Source of the DNA: Desulfomonilia bacterium
Lineage (GTDB): Bacteria > Desulfobacterota > Desulfomonilia > UBA1062
Assembly (NCBI GenBank): GCA_050014195.1
Contig: JBEKDT010000002.1
Span: forward strand, 358,174-422,173
Direction: 5' to 3'
Length of the DNA stretch: 64,000 nucleotides
Shown: one piece after another, positions 38,171-49,400 of the stretch
Numbering within the stretch: the stretch's first letter is position 1
Layout: each line of letters opens with the position of its first letter
Program-made: the position numbers and the translations under genes
The notes under the pieces: generated by a model
The model's database searches: none
The model's input: only the letters and a program-made list of their open reading frames with translations
What the model was told of the DNA's origin: nothing

Positions 38171-39282
38171 CAGCCCTCTTCCCATTTAGTGGCTATTATG
38201 CCCAGGATGAAGACCACGGCTGCAAAAACCCCTATGACCGCTGAGTATCTCAGCGCGGCCATGTTGTCTTCAAATACCATGGATGCCCGGAGCCCCTCGT
38301 TCACGTAATACAGCGGCAGTGTCTTGGCGAACTTCTGCAGGAACCCCGGCATCAGCTCGATGGGGAAGAAGCTCCCCGAGAGGAACATAATCGGGAAACT
38401 GATGGCGTTTGCCGCAGATGCGGCGCTCTGAGCCTCCTTGACGAAGCGGGTGAGTATCATCCCGATTCCCACGAACGCGAAGACGTCAAGTAAAATGAAC
38501 GCAGGGAGCCATGCATCTAAATGCAACTTGACATGAAACACGGCGTAGCTCACCAGCAGCATCGCCATTGTGGATATGACCGCGAGTATGAACTGGTATA
38601 GGATGTCGGAGAGTATCCATTCGGTACGGGTTATGGGCGTCGTGGACAGTTTCCTGATGATGCCCTTCTGTCGCAGCTCCGTGTTCAAGTTCACCGTGCC
38701 GAACAGGCTCAGAGTCATCACCGCCATCGCGATGATGCCGGGAATGAAGAACTCTATGAACCGGTATTTCTTGGTGAGTATCGATTTCTGGGCCGATCTG
38801 ATGACCGGGGGCTTCCCGGACATCTGCTGGTTTATCCCGGCGAACACTGCGTTCAGGATATCCATCTTCGTGGACACCGAAGAAGAACTGGGGTCGTATA
38901 TATAGGTGATGGTGACGGATGCGTCTGCGTCGCTGAGCATCATGCTGCGCATGAGGGACCGTTCAAAGCCTTTGGGAATGACGAGGACAAGGTTCACCCC
39001 GTTGTCCCTGACGTACCGGGCGGCGTTGACGGCCGGGTCGACCTTGGTTATCTTAAACTTCCCGGAGCTTTTGAGGGTCTTGATGGACCGTGCGGACGAA
39101 TCCGTCTGGTCGAGGTCCTGCACGCAAAGGTGGAAGGCCACGTTGTCCTGGCTCATGAAGATCGTGCCGAACACGAGTATCAGGATTATGGGGAACGCAA
39201 GCGTGAAGAACATGGCGGTTTTCTCGCGGTAGACGCTCATGAGTTTCACAATGAGATTTGCGCCGATGACGCGTGGTTTCAT
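38170..39282 (-). CDS. ABC-2 type exporter permease
   Basis: FFTLAFP, FFIPG, FLSGSFFP, LPLYY. Confidence 0.92.
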   Translation of the reverse strand: MKPRVIGANLIVKLMSVYREKTAMFFTLAFPIILILVFGTIFMSQDNVAFHLCVQDLDQTDSSARSIKTLKSSGKFKITKVDPAVNAARYVRDNGVNLVLVIPKGFERSLMRSMMLSDADASVTITYIYDPSSSSVSTKMDILNAVFAGINQQMSGKPPVIRSAQKSILTKKYRFIEFFIPGIIAMAVMTLSLFGTVNLNTELRQKGIIRKLSTTPITRTEWILSDILYQFILAVISTMAMLLVSYAVFHVKLHLDAWLPAFILLDVFAFVGIGMILTRFVKEAQSAASAANAISFPIMFLSGSFFPIELMPGFLQKFAKTLPLYYVNEGLRASMVFEDNMAALRYSAVIGVFAAVVFILGIIATKWEEG

Positions 39283-40232
39283 TCCGCCCCCTCTTCTCCG
39301 ACGGGACCGTCGCGGAGCGCCTCGCCGGTGAGCTTCAGGAAGACCTCTTCAAGGTTGGGTTTCCGAACGTCCAAGCCAAGGTACAACGCCCCGGCTTCCT
39401 TGATGGCGCTCAGTATCTTCTGTACATCGTCCGTGTGCTCCACCCTGGTCTTGATGTCTTTGTGATTGTCGAGAACCGGGTCGAAGCCCATCTTCCGGAC
39501 GATTTCAAAGGTCTTTTCATCCACGGACTGTAATGTGAGGACCAGGTAATTTGTATTGTTTTCGATCAGTTCCTCGGGAGAGCCCATGGCGATGATCTTC
39601 CCCTTCGAAATGATTGCGACCGTGTCTGCAAGAAGCTCAGCCTCCTCCATGTAGTGCGTGGTCAGAAACACCGTCTTCCCCTTCTTCTTCAGGCCCAGCA
39701 GGACTTCCCACACCTCGCGCCTTGCCCGGGGGTCGAGCCCTGTCGTAGGCTCGTCCAGGAACACGACCTCGGGGTCGTTCACGAGCGCAATCGCGATTCC
39801 AAGGCGCTGCTTCAAGCCCCCGGAGAGGTTCTTGTACTGCTCTTTGGTCTTGTCCTTGAGGTTCACGAGCTCTATCAGAGCGTCGATATCGATGTTCACG
39901 CAGCAGAAAAGCCGCGAGTAGTACTGCAGGGTCTCTCTGACCGTTATCCTGTCGAATGAACTGAACCCCTGCGGAAGGACGCCGATGCGGCGGACGATGT
40001 CGTGCTTTTTCTTCGTGACATCCATTCCAAGAAGGGTCACCTTTCCAGACGTGGGCGTGCGGATTGTATCGATGATCTCGACGGTAGTGGTCTTGCCGGC
40101 GCCGTTCGGGCCCAGCAAGGCGAACACCTCTCCTTTCCTGACGGTGAACGATATTTCATTGACCGCCAGTAAATCTCCATAGCGCTTCGTCAGTTTCTCC
40201 ACTTGGATTGCATATTCAGTTTCTTTGGTCAT
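39279..40232 (-). CDS. ABC exporter ATP-binding subunit
   Basis: GPNGAGKTT, LSGG, FLDEPTTGLD, TTH. Confidence 0.95.
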   Translation of the reverse strand: MTKETEYAIQVEKLTKRYGDLLAVNEISFTVRKGEVFALLGPNGAGKTTTVEIIDTIRTPTSGKVTLLGMDVTKKKHDIVRRIGVLPQGFSSFDRITVRETLQYYSRLFCCVNIDIDALIELVNLKDKTKEQYKNLSGGLKQRLGIAIALVNDPEVVFLDEPTTGLDPRARREVWEVLLGLKKKGKTVFLTTHYMEEAELLADTVAIISKGKIIAMGSPEELIENNTNYLVLTLQSVDEKTFEIVRKMGFDPVLDNHKDIKTRVEHTDDVQKILSAIKEAGALYLGLDVRKPNLEEVFLKLTGEALRDGPVGEEGAE

Positions 40233-41352
40233 GAATCTCCATCCTTGGCCAGAACCCGAGGTGGCTGAGGATCTTCTCGATCACCGCCGACTGCCAGATA
40301 AGAAAACGGTCAATCATCGGCTGGCGGTGCTTAAAAAAAAGAAGGCTTGGGATAAACGTCGCACCCAGATGCGCTTTGGTGTTCTCCGCGCCCTGGCCCG
40401 TGTGATAGAGAGGGATTTTTCGCTCCACGCAGGTGCGGATATTTTCAAGCCAGGACAAAATATAAAGGTTGTATTTGCGGCCGAGCTCGTAATCCATGCA
40501 GAAATATTTATCCACCATCCCTTGTTGTTTTACGATGAGAAGATTGAAAGCGGCGAGTTCTTCCTGCACAAAATAGAGCGTGTACTCGGCGTCTGGTATT
40601 TTCTCACATATTTTTTCAAAAAACAAACGGTTGTGCGCGCCAAACGCAATGGGGCCCCTCTCCACTGTTTCCAGATAAAGCTTGTAGATCCTGTCTAGAA
40701 AAGGAGAAATATTGCGGCTTCGAATCACCCGGACGTCGGGGGCAACCCGCATTTTGCGGCGCAGGTCTTTTCTCGCTGCCCTTGATAAGCGGGCTAAGAA
40801 TTCCTCCATGCTGTTAAAATTGATCGGCAGTTGGGCGCTAGACTGGCATTGTACCCTGTTGAATTGTTTGGATACCTGCTCGGGTAGTTTGCTGTAATGA
40901 TTAAAGTTGTAAAGCGCCACGATGTTACTATTAAGTTCGGCCGCAAGCGTTTGCAAGGCGCCAAAGGCCATTTTGCATGCCGCATCGAGGGTACCCTTAT
41001 CGATTTGAGGATCAATCCCGATTTCACTCCATTCCCCTACCAGCAACCCAACGCCTAAAATACGGGGTTGAAAAAGCGAGGGGATGAGACGGCCTGCAAC
41101 TTTCAGCGATTTCTTGATCCATCCCTTCACAAAAGTGGACAAATCAAAACGGGTTTCAAACAACGGCAATAAGAGGATAGGAACATCATCTTTTAACACC
41201 ACGATGCTGCGCAGGTTAAAACCGTCAATACCCGATTCTTGCAACAGGGAAAGAAGTGGGGCGGTGATAGAAGGCTCAGGGAAAAGCCGTCCAAGTTCTG
41301 CCGCCGGTATTCCGTCTAACCGCGGCACACAATTGCAGGTAAGGTTATTCAT
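40216..41352 (-). CDS. FemAB-like / Acetyltransf_6 GNAT-fold acyltransferase
   Basis: FNSMEEFLARLSRAARKDLRRK, DYELGRKYNLY, GQGAENTKAHLG. Confidence 0.8.
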   Translation of the reverse strand: MNNLTCNCVPRLDGIPAAELGRLFPEPSITAPLLSLLQESGIDGFNLRSIVVLKDDVPILLLPLFETRFDLSTFVKGWIKKSLKVAGRLIPSLFQPRILGVGLLVGEWSEIGIDPQIDKGTLDAACKMAFGALQTLAAELNSNIVALYNFNHYSKLPEQVSKQFNRVQCQSSAQLPINFNSMEEFLARLSRAARKDLRRKMRVAPDVRVIRSRNISPFLDRIYKLYLETVERGPIAFGAHNRLFFEKICEKIPDAEYTLYFVQEELAAFNLLIVKQQGMVDKYFCMDYELGRKYNLYILSWLENIRTCVERKIPLYHTGQGAENTKAHLGATFIPSLLFFKHRQPMIDRFLIWQSAVIEKILSHLGFWPRMEIHDQRN

Positions 41353-41431
41353 AGCCTGTCGGCCTCCGATTCAAAAGGGTGATGGAAAGCCACCTCTTTC
41401 CCTTAAGGAAGCGAGCGTATCATCACGATCG

Positions 41432-42277
41432 TCACCGCTTCAAATCCAGGTACCACCGTGTGGCATCACTCCCGATTCCTAAACGGGCAAGATGGCGCAG
41501 ATCCGCTTCCAGAACTTCGGGCGTGCTGTACTCCAGTATGCGGTATTGAGGATCCGTCCAAACACGCCGCATCTGACCCCAAACCTTCGTTTCCTGCGGC
41601 AAGGTGAGGCGAATGCGGTGGATCAGGTTGATGCCCGCCAGCGCCGCTGTTTCTATCACCATATCGGTGCAGTTGTTGGTCCTCACGCCGAATTGGTCGT
41701 ACTTCCGATGCATCACGTAATCATGGATCAATTGATATCGCCGCCGGGTAATCGGCATTTGCCAGACGAACGAGGGGGGGTGTTTGGGCTTGCCGATCTG
41801 TAATTGGCCATCGGACATCGTCTTCCACAAGTAAGCGATAGGATTGGGATCCCCATCCCGGATTTTCTGATACACGCCTTCATGGTAACGCAGTTTCGTT
41901 TGCCCGAAGTCGCCGGTGTGGCCGAATTCCAGACGATCTTGGGGACTTTCCAGGATGAGCCAACTATGCGCCCACGGATGCAGCCAAATTGAGGAGACAA
42001 GCGAAGCCGCATCGCTGTAATCCCAATCGGCAGCGTCGTTGAGGATATAGAGGTAATATCCCTCGTCCCCCACGGGCGTTCCGGTGGCGGGATCCAGGTC
42101 GGCATCGGGGGCAAAACGGCACATGATCGCGATGGGCTGGGCGCTCCAGCCATCGGGTTGCATCGGAGCGTATAGTCTGAGCGTATGGTGTGCGCACCCG
42201 GCTGCAACCCCTGCCAGTAATATCATCACCACGAGGAGACGCGCTTGATATACTCGTTCGGTTGCTTTGCTATTCAT
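41432..42277 (-). CDS. Lipoprotein with His...NNC motif (permuted papain-like fold, putative)
   Basis: Lipobox AAGC; WAHSWLILE and TNNCTD. Confidence 0.6.
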   Translation of the reverse strand: MNSKATERVYQARLLVVMILLAGVAAGCAHHTLRLYAPMQPDGWSAQPIAIMCRFAPDADLDPATGTPVGDEGYYLYILNDAADWDYSDAASLVSSIWLHPWAHSWLILESPQDRLEFGHTGDFGQTKLRYHEGVYQKIRDGDPNPIAYLWKTMSDGQLQIGKPKHPPSFVWQMPITRRRYQLIHDYVMHRKYDQFGVRTNNCTDMVIETAALAGINLIHRIRLTLPQETKVWGQMRRVWTDPQYRILEYSTPEVLEADLRHLARLGIGSDATRWYLDLKR

Positions 42278-42492
42278 TCGGTATTTCCCATTTTACCCTT
42301 GGCCCACGGCCATCGTCAACCAATTACTACCGCCTGAACCATCCGACTTCCAGCAGGTTCGTTTGTTCTTAACCCTTTGACTGTCATCGCCAGAACGTCT
42401 CAGCTATCAAATTGAATATTCCTATGAGACAGAGTTATACGAAAAAGATGCACAAATACTATCTCCTCTCTTGCAGAAGAAAAATGAGCCGA

Positions 42493-42663
42493 TCAATAGG
42501 CGATCTTTTTTGTTGGACTCCTCTGAAGTGGCTTCTTGCGCATCTCATGGGCCATGTGATCAAGAATCTCTTTGGAAAAATTTAAAATATCTTTATTCGT
42601 GAACCCTTTGCGGATGAGTTCACGGTAAAGGCTCTTGGCTAGTATTTTGGTGGCTTTATCCAT
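42493..42663 (-). CDS. Small hypothetical protein (56 aa; absent from ORF track)
   Basis: MDKATKILAKSLYRELIRKGFTNKDILNFSKEILDHMAHEMRKKPLQRSPTKKIAY, starting 9 nt after the PPTase stop. Confidence 0.55.
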   Translation of the reverse strand: MDKATKILAKSLYRELIRKGFTNKDILNFSKEILDHMAHEMRKKPLQRSPTKKIAY

Positions 42664-42672
42664 AAATTATCG

Positions 42673-43458
42673 CTAAGGATTACAAGTTGTTGATTGAGAC
42701 AAACATAGCCGCTTTAACGTTGCGGCAATAGAAAACCATCCTTCCATTTGTGGAAGCGAATATACCCATATGCACCGGCCGGCACCCACGGGCAAATGTT
42801 CCAAAGCTTTCCCTGATAAGTGCACCGGAAAGGTATACACCCCTTCTCTGCTTACTGATGGATAAACATAGACTTGCCTCGGTTCTACCATATGAAATGC
42901 GCACCCAATGGCTTTGACAACCGCTTCTTTGACAGACCAGAGCAGGGCTGATGCCTGCTCCACATCTCCAAGAGTCAAACTCAGTGCATGTCGGAGCTCT
43001 TGTTCATGGAAGACCCGGTGAAAGGGGTATTCTCCTTTGAATTCATAAGTCCCTGCCATATCGATACCGATTTCAGCTCCGTCTCCACAGAGGGCGGCCC
43101 AGACCTTTCCCCCACCCTCACTGAAGGAGATGGCCGGCCCCTGATATTCTCCTAATAAAAGATATGGCTTGCCCAACTGGTTACAGACCACCCGGATTGG
43201 GAAGGCTTCTTTGTCTGGTGTGTAATAGAATTTCCAAAAAGGATTCCCCATCGCCATGAGGTGGTCCCACAGGATAGTGACCAAGCGGTGCCTGTCGTCC
43301 TCACCGTTCGTTCTGCATTCTTTTAAAGTTTCGCCTGCACAGGGCAGGGACGCATAGAAGACGGAGCCCTTTTTATTAAGGAAACTAACGGTATGAATGG
43401 TTATTTTCCGGCAATCCGTTGCCATACCCACGCCCATCTTTCCCATGCTGAAGTTCAA
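42673..43458 (-). CDS. 4'-phosphopantetheinyl transferase (Sfp-type)
   Basis: LGKP, ISFS, IGID, WSVKEAVVKAIG; overlaps the PKS stop. Confidence 0.88.
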   Translation of the reverse strand: MNFSMGKMGVGMATDCRKITIHTVSFLNKKGSVFYASLPCAGETLKECRTNGEDDRHRLVTILWDHLMAMGNPFWKFYYTPDKEAFPIRVVCNQLGKPYLLLGEYQGPAISFSEGGGKVWAALCGDGAEIGIDMAGTYEFKGEYPFHRVFHEQELRHALSLTLGDVEQASALLWSVKEAVVKAIGCAFHMVEPRQVYVYPSVSREGVYTFPVHLSGKALEHLPVGAGRCIWVYSLPQMEGWFSIAATLKRLCLSQSTTCNP

Positions 43459-46400
43459 TCCGAAACCAAGTGCATCCGCATGCCATGAACCTGCATGATA
43501 GTGCTGCCCTGGCCATCAATCCCTCTGGCATCCCAGGTGAGGCTTTTCTCGTCCTGTTTACGCATGCGGGCCTCCAGTATTATCTGTTCCCCATCCCGGC
43601 ATTTTCGGAAAAACCTCATCTCACCGATCTCCATGGGAATCATGGAACGTCGCTCGGAGGGTACCATTGCAATATTAGAGAAATTGGCAAGTTGCAATAG
43701 TGCCTCGAAAAGATAGGGAGAATATTGGTATCGAGTATTCTGCAGATGCTTGAAGTCACTTGTCTCCCGGTAAACTGTCCGGCCCTTCACTACGCCTGGG
43801 CAGGCGCCGTCAAGGGACTCCATCACGCGATACCTGCCTTCGAGGCCGCTGAAGTCTTTGTACCATTTAAGAATTCTATTATGACCCATTGGCTTTGTAC
43901 GCAGTTCATCCATCCGGACTGGAAAATCAGGGAATCCATTCCCCAGATATTCTTTCCCTCCATCGAGGATCACTTGGCCTACACAATATGGGATAAGTCG
44001 ACCAGGCAATCCCCCTGATACGGAGTGTTCCTGTATCGCAAGAGAGACCTCACATGATATCTCTCCAAGGGATGCATCGGCTCGTCGGCAGGAGATCCTG
44101 GTAAGCCTTGGAAGCCAAGGGGTGCATCGGATCGTGTCTATGAATCGAATCCCTCGAACCCCTCGCACCTGCAGGTGTGGATATAAGATCCGGGCTGCTT
44201 CCATGAATGTCTCCACAAGCATGGCTGCTGAAACCAGCGGATCCTTCATGAATTTAAAAGGCATGTGATCAGCGATCCAGAGATCTTTCTCCAGGGAGAA
44301 GGATCGAAAAGCCTCCAGGTGTTCACCACGGATATCCAGGCAAGAGACACCGTCTATCATGGGGAAGTCCTCGGGGCTGAAGGTTACGGCGCCTTCATTC
44401 GGTTCTCCCTTGACCGAAGGAGGGATTGTATCATTGAGCAGTGCAGTATTTAGGGAAGGCAGTCTCCGCATAAACATCACCCAATCATCGTCTGCCGGGG
44501 TCATGGAGATCTCCCGGCAGAAAAGCCCTGCAAGCTCATTTACATGAATATAATCCACACCCTTCCATTTCAAAAATTCGCGGACCTCCGGGTCTTCCGC
44601 CATACCCGCCCCCTCGACAGGGGGAAGCATCAACGCCTTGAACCGGATAGCGGGGTTTTTTCTGTGGAGGTATCTGAGTAATCCGGACATCATCCGGTTG
44701 GCTGAAGCGTAGTTCGCCTGGCCGGGATTGCCCTGTATGGCAGCCACTGATGAGAGGCCGATAAAAAATCTCAAGCCGGCCCCCTGTGCAGCAGAAAACA
44801 GATTCCAGGCCCCGAGAAATTTGACATCGGTGACTATTGAGAAATCATCCTCGGTCATTTCGCTTAAAAGACCATCCCTGAGGATTCCTGCTCCGTGAAC
44901 AATCCCGTCTATCTTGCCATAACGGCTTACCACCTTATCAATGGTCGCACGAACCGCCTCGGAATCGGTTACATCGCAGGTATAGTATGTTGCCTCGATC
45001 CCTGAAGAATGTAAATCCATCAGGGTTTGAGCGATCTCGGATGCCCTCTTGACGGAAGTGGATGGTTCAGAACGTGAAGGCCCCGGGGAAGGCTTTTCCG
45101 GAACAGGATCAATGTCTTGAGGGACAGCGGTCCTCCCAAGCAGGACCAGGCGGGGCGCGAAGGGCACAAGGCTGCGGGCAAGGTGGGCGCTGATCCCGGT
45201 TGCACCACCGGATATAACTACAACATCTCCAGGCTTAAGATTCGGATTCGGCAGGTCCCTTAGGAGCACCGGGGCTATGTATCCCTGCGAGGTGAAGACC
45301 CTTCCATCACGATGAATGGTCTCAACCACGGTGAATCCTTTGTCCAGAACCGAGGATAAGACAGTGCGAAGATTACTGTCCGGGCCGATTTCCGCTGTGC
45401 GGAATTGGACCGATGGGTACTCCTGCGCTGCGCTTAAGAATAGTCCGAGCATTGCTTCCGCAAGCAGCCGACTGGGGGTTTCGGCATCCTGACTGTTATG
45501 TATCAGGAGAACAAACTTCTTAGCCGGGGACCTAAGGAATGCCTTTAGGAGGGAAAAGAGACCTCTGAGAAGCAGGGAGACATCCGCCACCGACCCGCAT
45601 TGACCGAGCGAGATGATCATCCCTGAAAAGGGAGGCATTCCTGATATTTTATCTGCAGCTTTTGCGGCTCCTCCATTTGTTCGAATATCGTGACCCTCTT
45701 CACCAGGACTCGGGTTCCCCTGCATGAACAGCATGGGATACGTCACGGCATCGTAATCCTGCCGGAAGATCTCTCCTGCACTCCTGACGATTTCATCATC
45801 CCTGTCGGGTGAGAGGAGGAGGATCGACTCGCCCGGACTCAATGCAATAGGCATAGAGACTGTCGGCTCAAGGGGTACCTGGTTGAACACGAGCCGTTTC
45901 AAGCTCACCTCTTCCTCTGAAGGCTTCAGGGTTTTATCCCTGGCCGATCCAGGCTCAGCGGACTTGGCGGCTGGTCGTGTGCTTAACCCATCATACCTGG
46001 AGACTATTTCGGTGACCTTCTGTGCGAAGTCCCTCACGGTGTGGATATCGAAAAAATCCTTCATCTCCAGAGTGATCCCGAAACGGCGTTCCACAGCATC
46101 CATAATTACTGGGAGGCGGCTGGAGCGGATGGACAGGTCTCTCCTGAGATCCATATCAGGTTCAATCTCATCCCTATTGAATCCCGTAGCATCCATGATG
46201 ATTTGAATAAGCGCCTCCAAATGATCCTGGTTTACTTCCGGGTTTGATCCTGCAAGCTTTTGTTTCGAGGGTTGTGATGCGGTTGCAGCTTCGATTCGGT
46301 GGGCATCGGCGGTTTTTTTGAATGCTCTGAGCGAAACAAACCTCGGTTCGCCCTGAGCCTTCAGGTGGCCTTGAACAAAGAGCTGTGCAAGGGCTGTCTT

Positions 46401-49400
46401 GTACGTGAGTCCCTCTGCAGAAGATAGGCAGGTCGGGATACAAACCGGCTCGGGGAGAGTATCTGCGATGAGGTTGCTCAAGGTGGTGCCAGGGCCCAGC
46501 TCCACGAAGATCCGGGCTCCATATTCATCCGAAAGAGTCCGGACATTATTCATCCAGTGCACTGTTGATTCCAGGTGGGCCATGAGGATCCGCCTTATTT
46601 CACTGGGATCTGACGGATACGGCGCCATGGTTGTGTTTGAAATAACGGGAATCTGCGGAGGATAAAACTCTATGGAGGCGACATACTCCTCGAGCTCATC
46701 TCGGATGACCCGCATTATAGGGGAATGGAAGGCCATGCTGACCCGAAGGAGAGTGGATCGGTATCCCTTCTCTTTCAGTTTTAGAACAAGATCCTTCACC
46801 TCTTGGGTGCCACCGCTCAGAACGACCTGATTCGGTGCATTGATATTACCGATGTGGACGGCATCCCGTTCTTGGATCATCTCTTGGAGCATGTCCAGGG
46901 GGGCGTCGGTGGCGGCCATGACGCCTGGGTCCACGTTCATGCCGGCGGCCTTGTCCATGCAGATGGCCCTTTTGTTCACGATGCGGAACCCGTCCTCAGG
47001 AGAATAGACACCGGCCAGGCATAAGGCAGTTAGTTCGCCCAGACTGTGGCCGGCCATGGCTACAGGTTTTATGCCAAGACTCATGAGGTATCGAGCCATG
47101 GCATGTTCTATGGTGAACATTGCAGGCTGCTGCCACCGGGTCTTCTGGAGATTCTCCTCAGAATCGTTAAACAGGAGCTGAAGAAGGTCAAAATCAGCTA
47201 CAGCCGCAGCACGATCCATCCAATCCCTGATGACGGGAAAAGAATCATAGAGATCCCGCCCCATCCTTTCGTACTGTGACCCCTGTCCGGGGAATACAAA
47301 GGCGAGCGGTAAGGCCGGCACATCCTCAGGACCCATAAAGATCCTCTTCTGTGCAAGGGATCTCGTGACCTTGGGTGAAACAACTCCGGCATCCAAAAGA
47401 GAGGCTGACCTTTCAATGAGGGTGAGCGCCTCCTCTTCGGATTGCGATACTACAGCGAGGCGCCAGTTACGGCCTCCCATTTCGGTCCGGAAGAAAGAGA
47501 CGCCCTGGAGCGCAGAAAGGCCTTCACGATTCTCTCCGGTGAGACCGGTTCTTCTTCCCGGGGAAACCAAGACCGTATCTGTTTTATCCATGGCCTGCTC
47601 TACATGTGCAACGTAGTTGGTGCCTCCAAACCCGAAGGCGTTGACCTGAAGTCTTCTTGGTCGGCCGTCCTTGCATTTCCAATCAAACGGCTCAGGGGCG
47701 ATGAGGAGGCCTGATCCTTCCAGGCCCATTTCCGGGTCCGGATGCTCATAATTGAGCGTGGGAGGGAAAACTCCTTTCTGAATGGCCATGACCCCTCGAA
47801 TGAGGTTGTTAATGCCCGAGGCCCCCAGCGTATGCCCGATCTGTGATTTGAATGACGTGAGGACCGTGCGCTTGGATGAATCGAAGAATGTCTTCAGAGC
47901 GCGGACCTCCTCCACGTCTCCTTGCCGGGTACTCGTGGCATGGCATTCCACCAGGTCCACTGCGTCCGGCCCATAAGGTAATTCCCGGAAAGAGGAGCGG
48001 ATGGCGATCTCCTGGGTAACATGGGAGGACTCAACCATCCCCAGGTGGTTGTTGCTCGCTCCCATGCCGGTAATAACGGCGTGGACGGGTGCACCTCGAT
48101 CTCGTGCCAGACTTTCCCGCTCGATGACGATCAATCCTCCGCCTTCGCCGAGTACCATCCCGTCTCTTCCGGCATCGAAGGGCCGCGAGGTCTCGTGAGC
48201 GGGCCTGTCCTGTCCCGACAGACCGAAAAGTGCGCCCAGGGCTGAGAACTCCAGAAAGTGCAGGTGGGTAAGGGTATCCTCGCCTCCTCCGACAATGGCT
48301 GCATCGATGATGCCGTTTCTGATCATCTGTATGGCGCTGTGAAGCGCGACCAGCGATGTCGAGCAGGCTGCAGATACGGAATAGCTGGGTCCCATGAACC
48401 CATACCGGTTGCAGACGAAGCCGGCTGCTGCGCAGTTGAGCCTGCCCAGAAGTGTTGTGTCGTCCGGGGCCATGCGTCCGGCCCTTATCTCCCGCTCGAT
48501 CGCGAGCTCCTGATCCGGTGTGAGGTTGATCGCCCTCTTTATGGAGGGGATGATGTCATGTACGTATGCACGGATGATGATATCGGTAAGGGTCCTTGCC
48601 GACTCACCCGAGTTCTGGGAGATGATTACCCCGATTCGCTCGCGTGGGATGTCCGACTCCAGGATGCCCGATGCCCTGATGGCCTTATCCGCCAACCACA
48701 AGGTGATCTTTGTAGCATCGGTCATGGTCCGGAAGTCCTGAGGTGAAATTCCGAGTTCATTGCGTGAGATGTTCAAGTCCAGGAAGGCGCCCACCTTGCA
48801 ATAGGTCTTGTCCGGCACAAGAGGCTTGGGATCATAAAAAAGATCGTGATTCCACCGCGACCGGGGAACCAAGGTAATCCCGCTTTTCATTGCCAGGCTT
48901 GCAGCCCAGACCTCCTCCGGACTCTTCCCCAGGGCATTGAGGATACTCATCCCGGTGATGGCGATCCTTTCGTGAATATCACCTCGAGTGCTGCACGGCT
49001 TGAATCCATGGCTAACGCCCCAAGACGGGGTTTCACTTTTGGATGACTTGTCAGGTAAAGGTTCGGATATATCCTCGATAGACCCCTCGAAGGGTTTATA
49101 CAGCATGAGAGGGCCTTCGGCCAGATCGCGGTGAAAAGAGTGCAGGTCCTGGATCTTATGAATGAGACCGGCACAGGACCCACTCATAAACTGCCCACGT
49201 TCCAGGCAGGCCCGCTCATCCAGCGGCGCTTTATCTGTCCTGTCCATACCTCTGGCCGCAACAAGGAGGCTCCCCGCAGTCATTTCCTCCATTCTTCTTC
49301 GGAAGGAGAACTCGTCTTGGCGGCTCGCTGCAAATTCCCTCTCCATGGACGTAATAGCTGCCAATAGAGGCGTTCTCAAGGATCGTACCCGTATTCCGGT

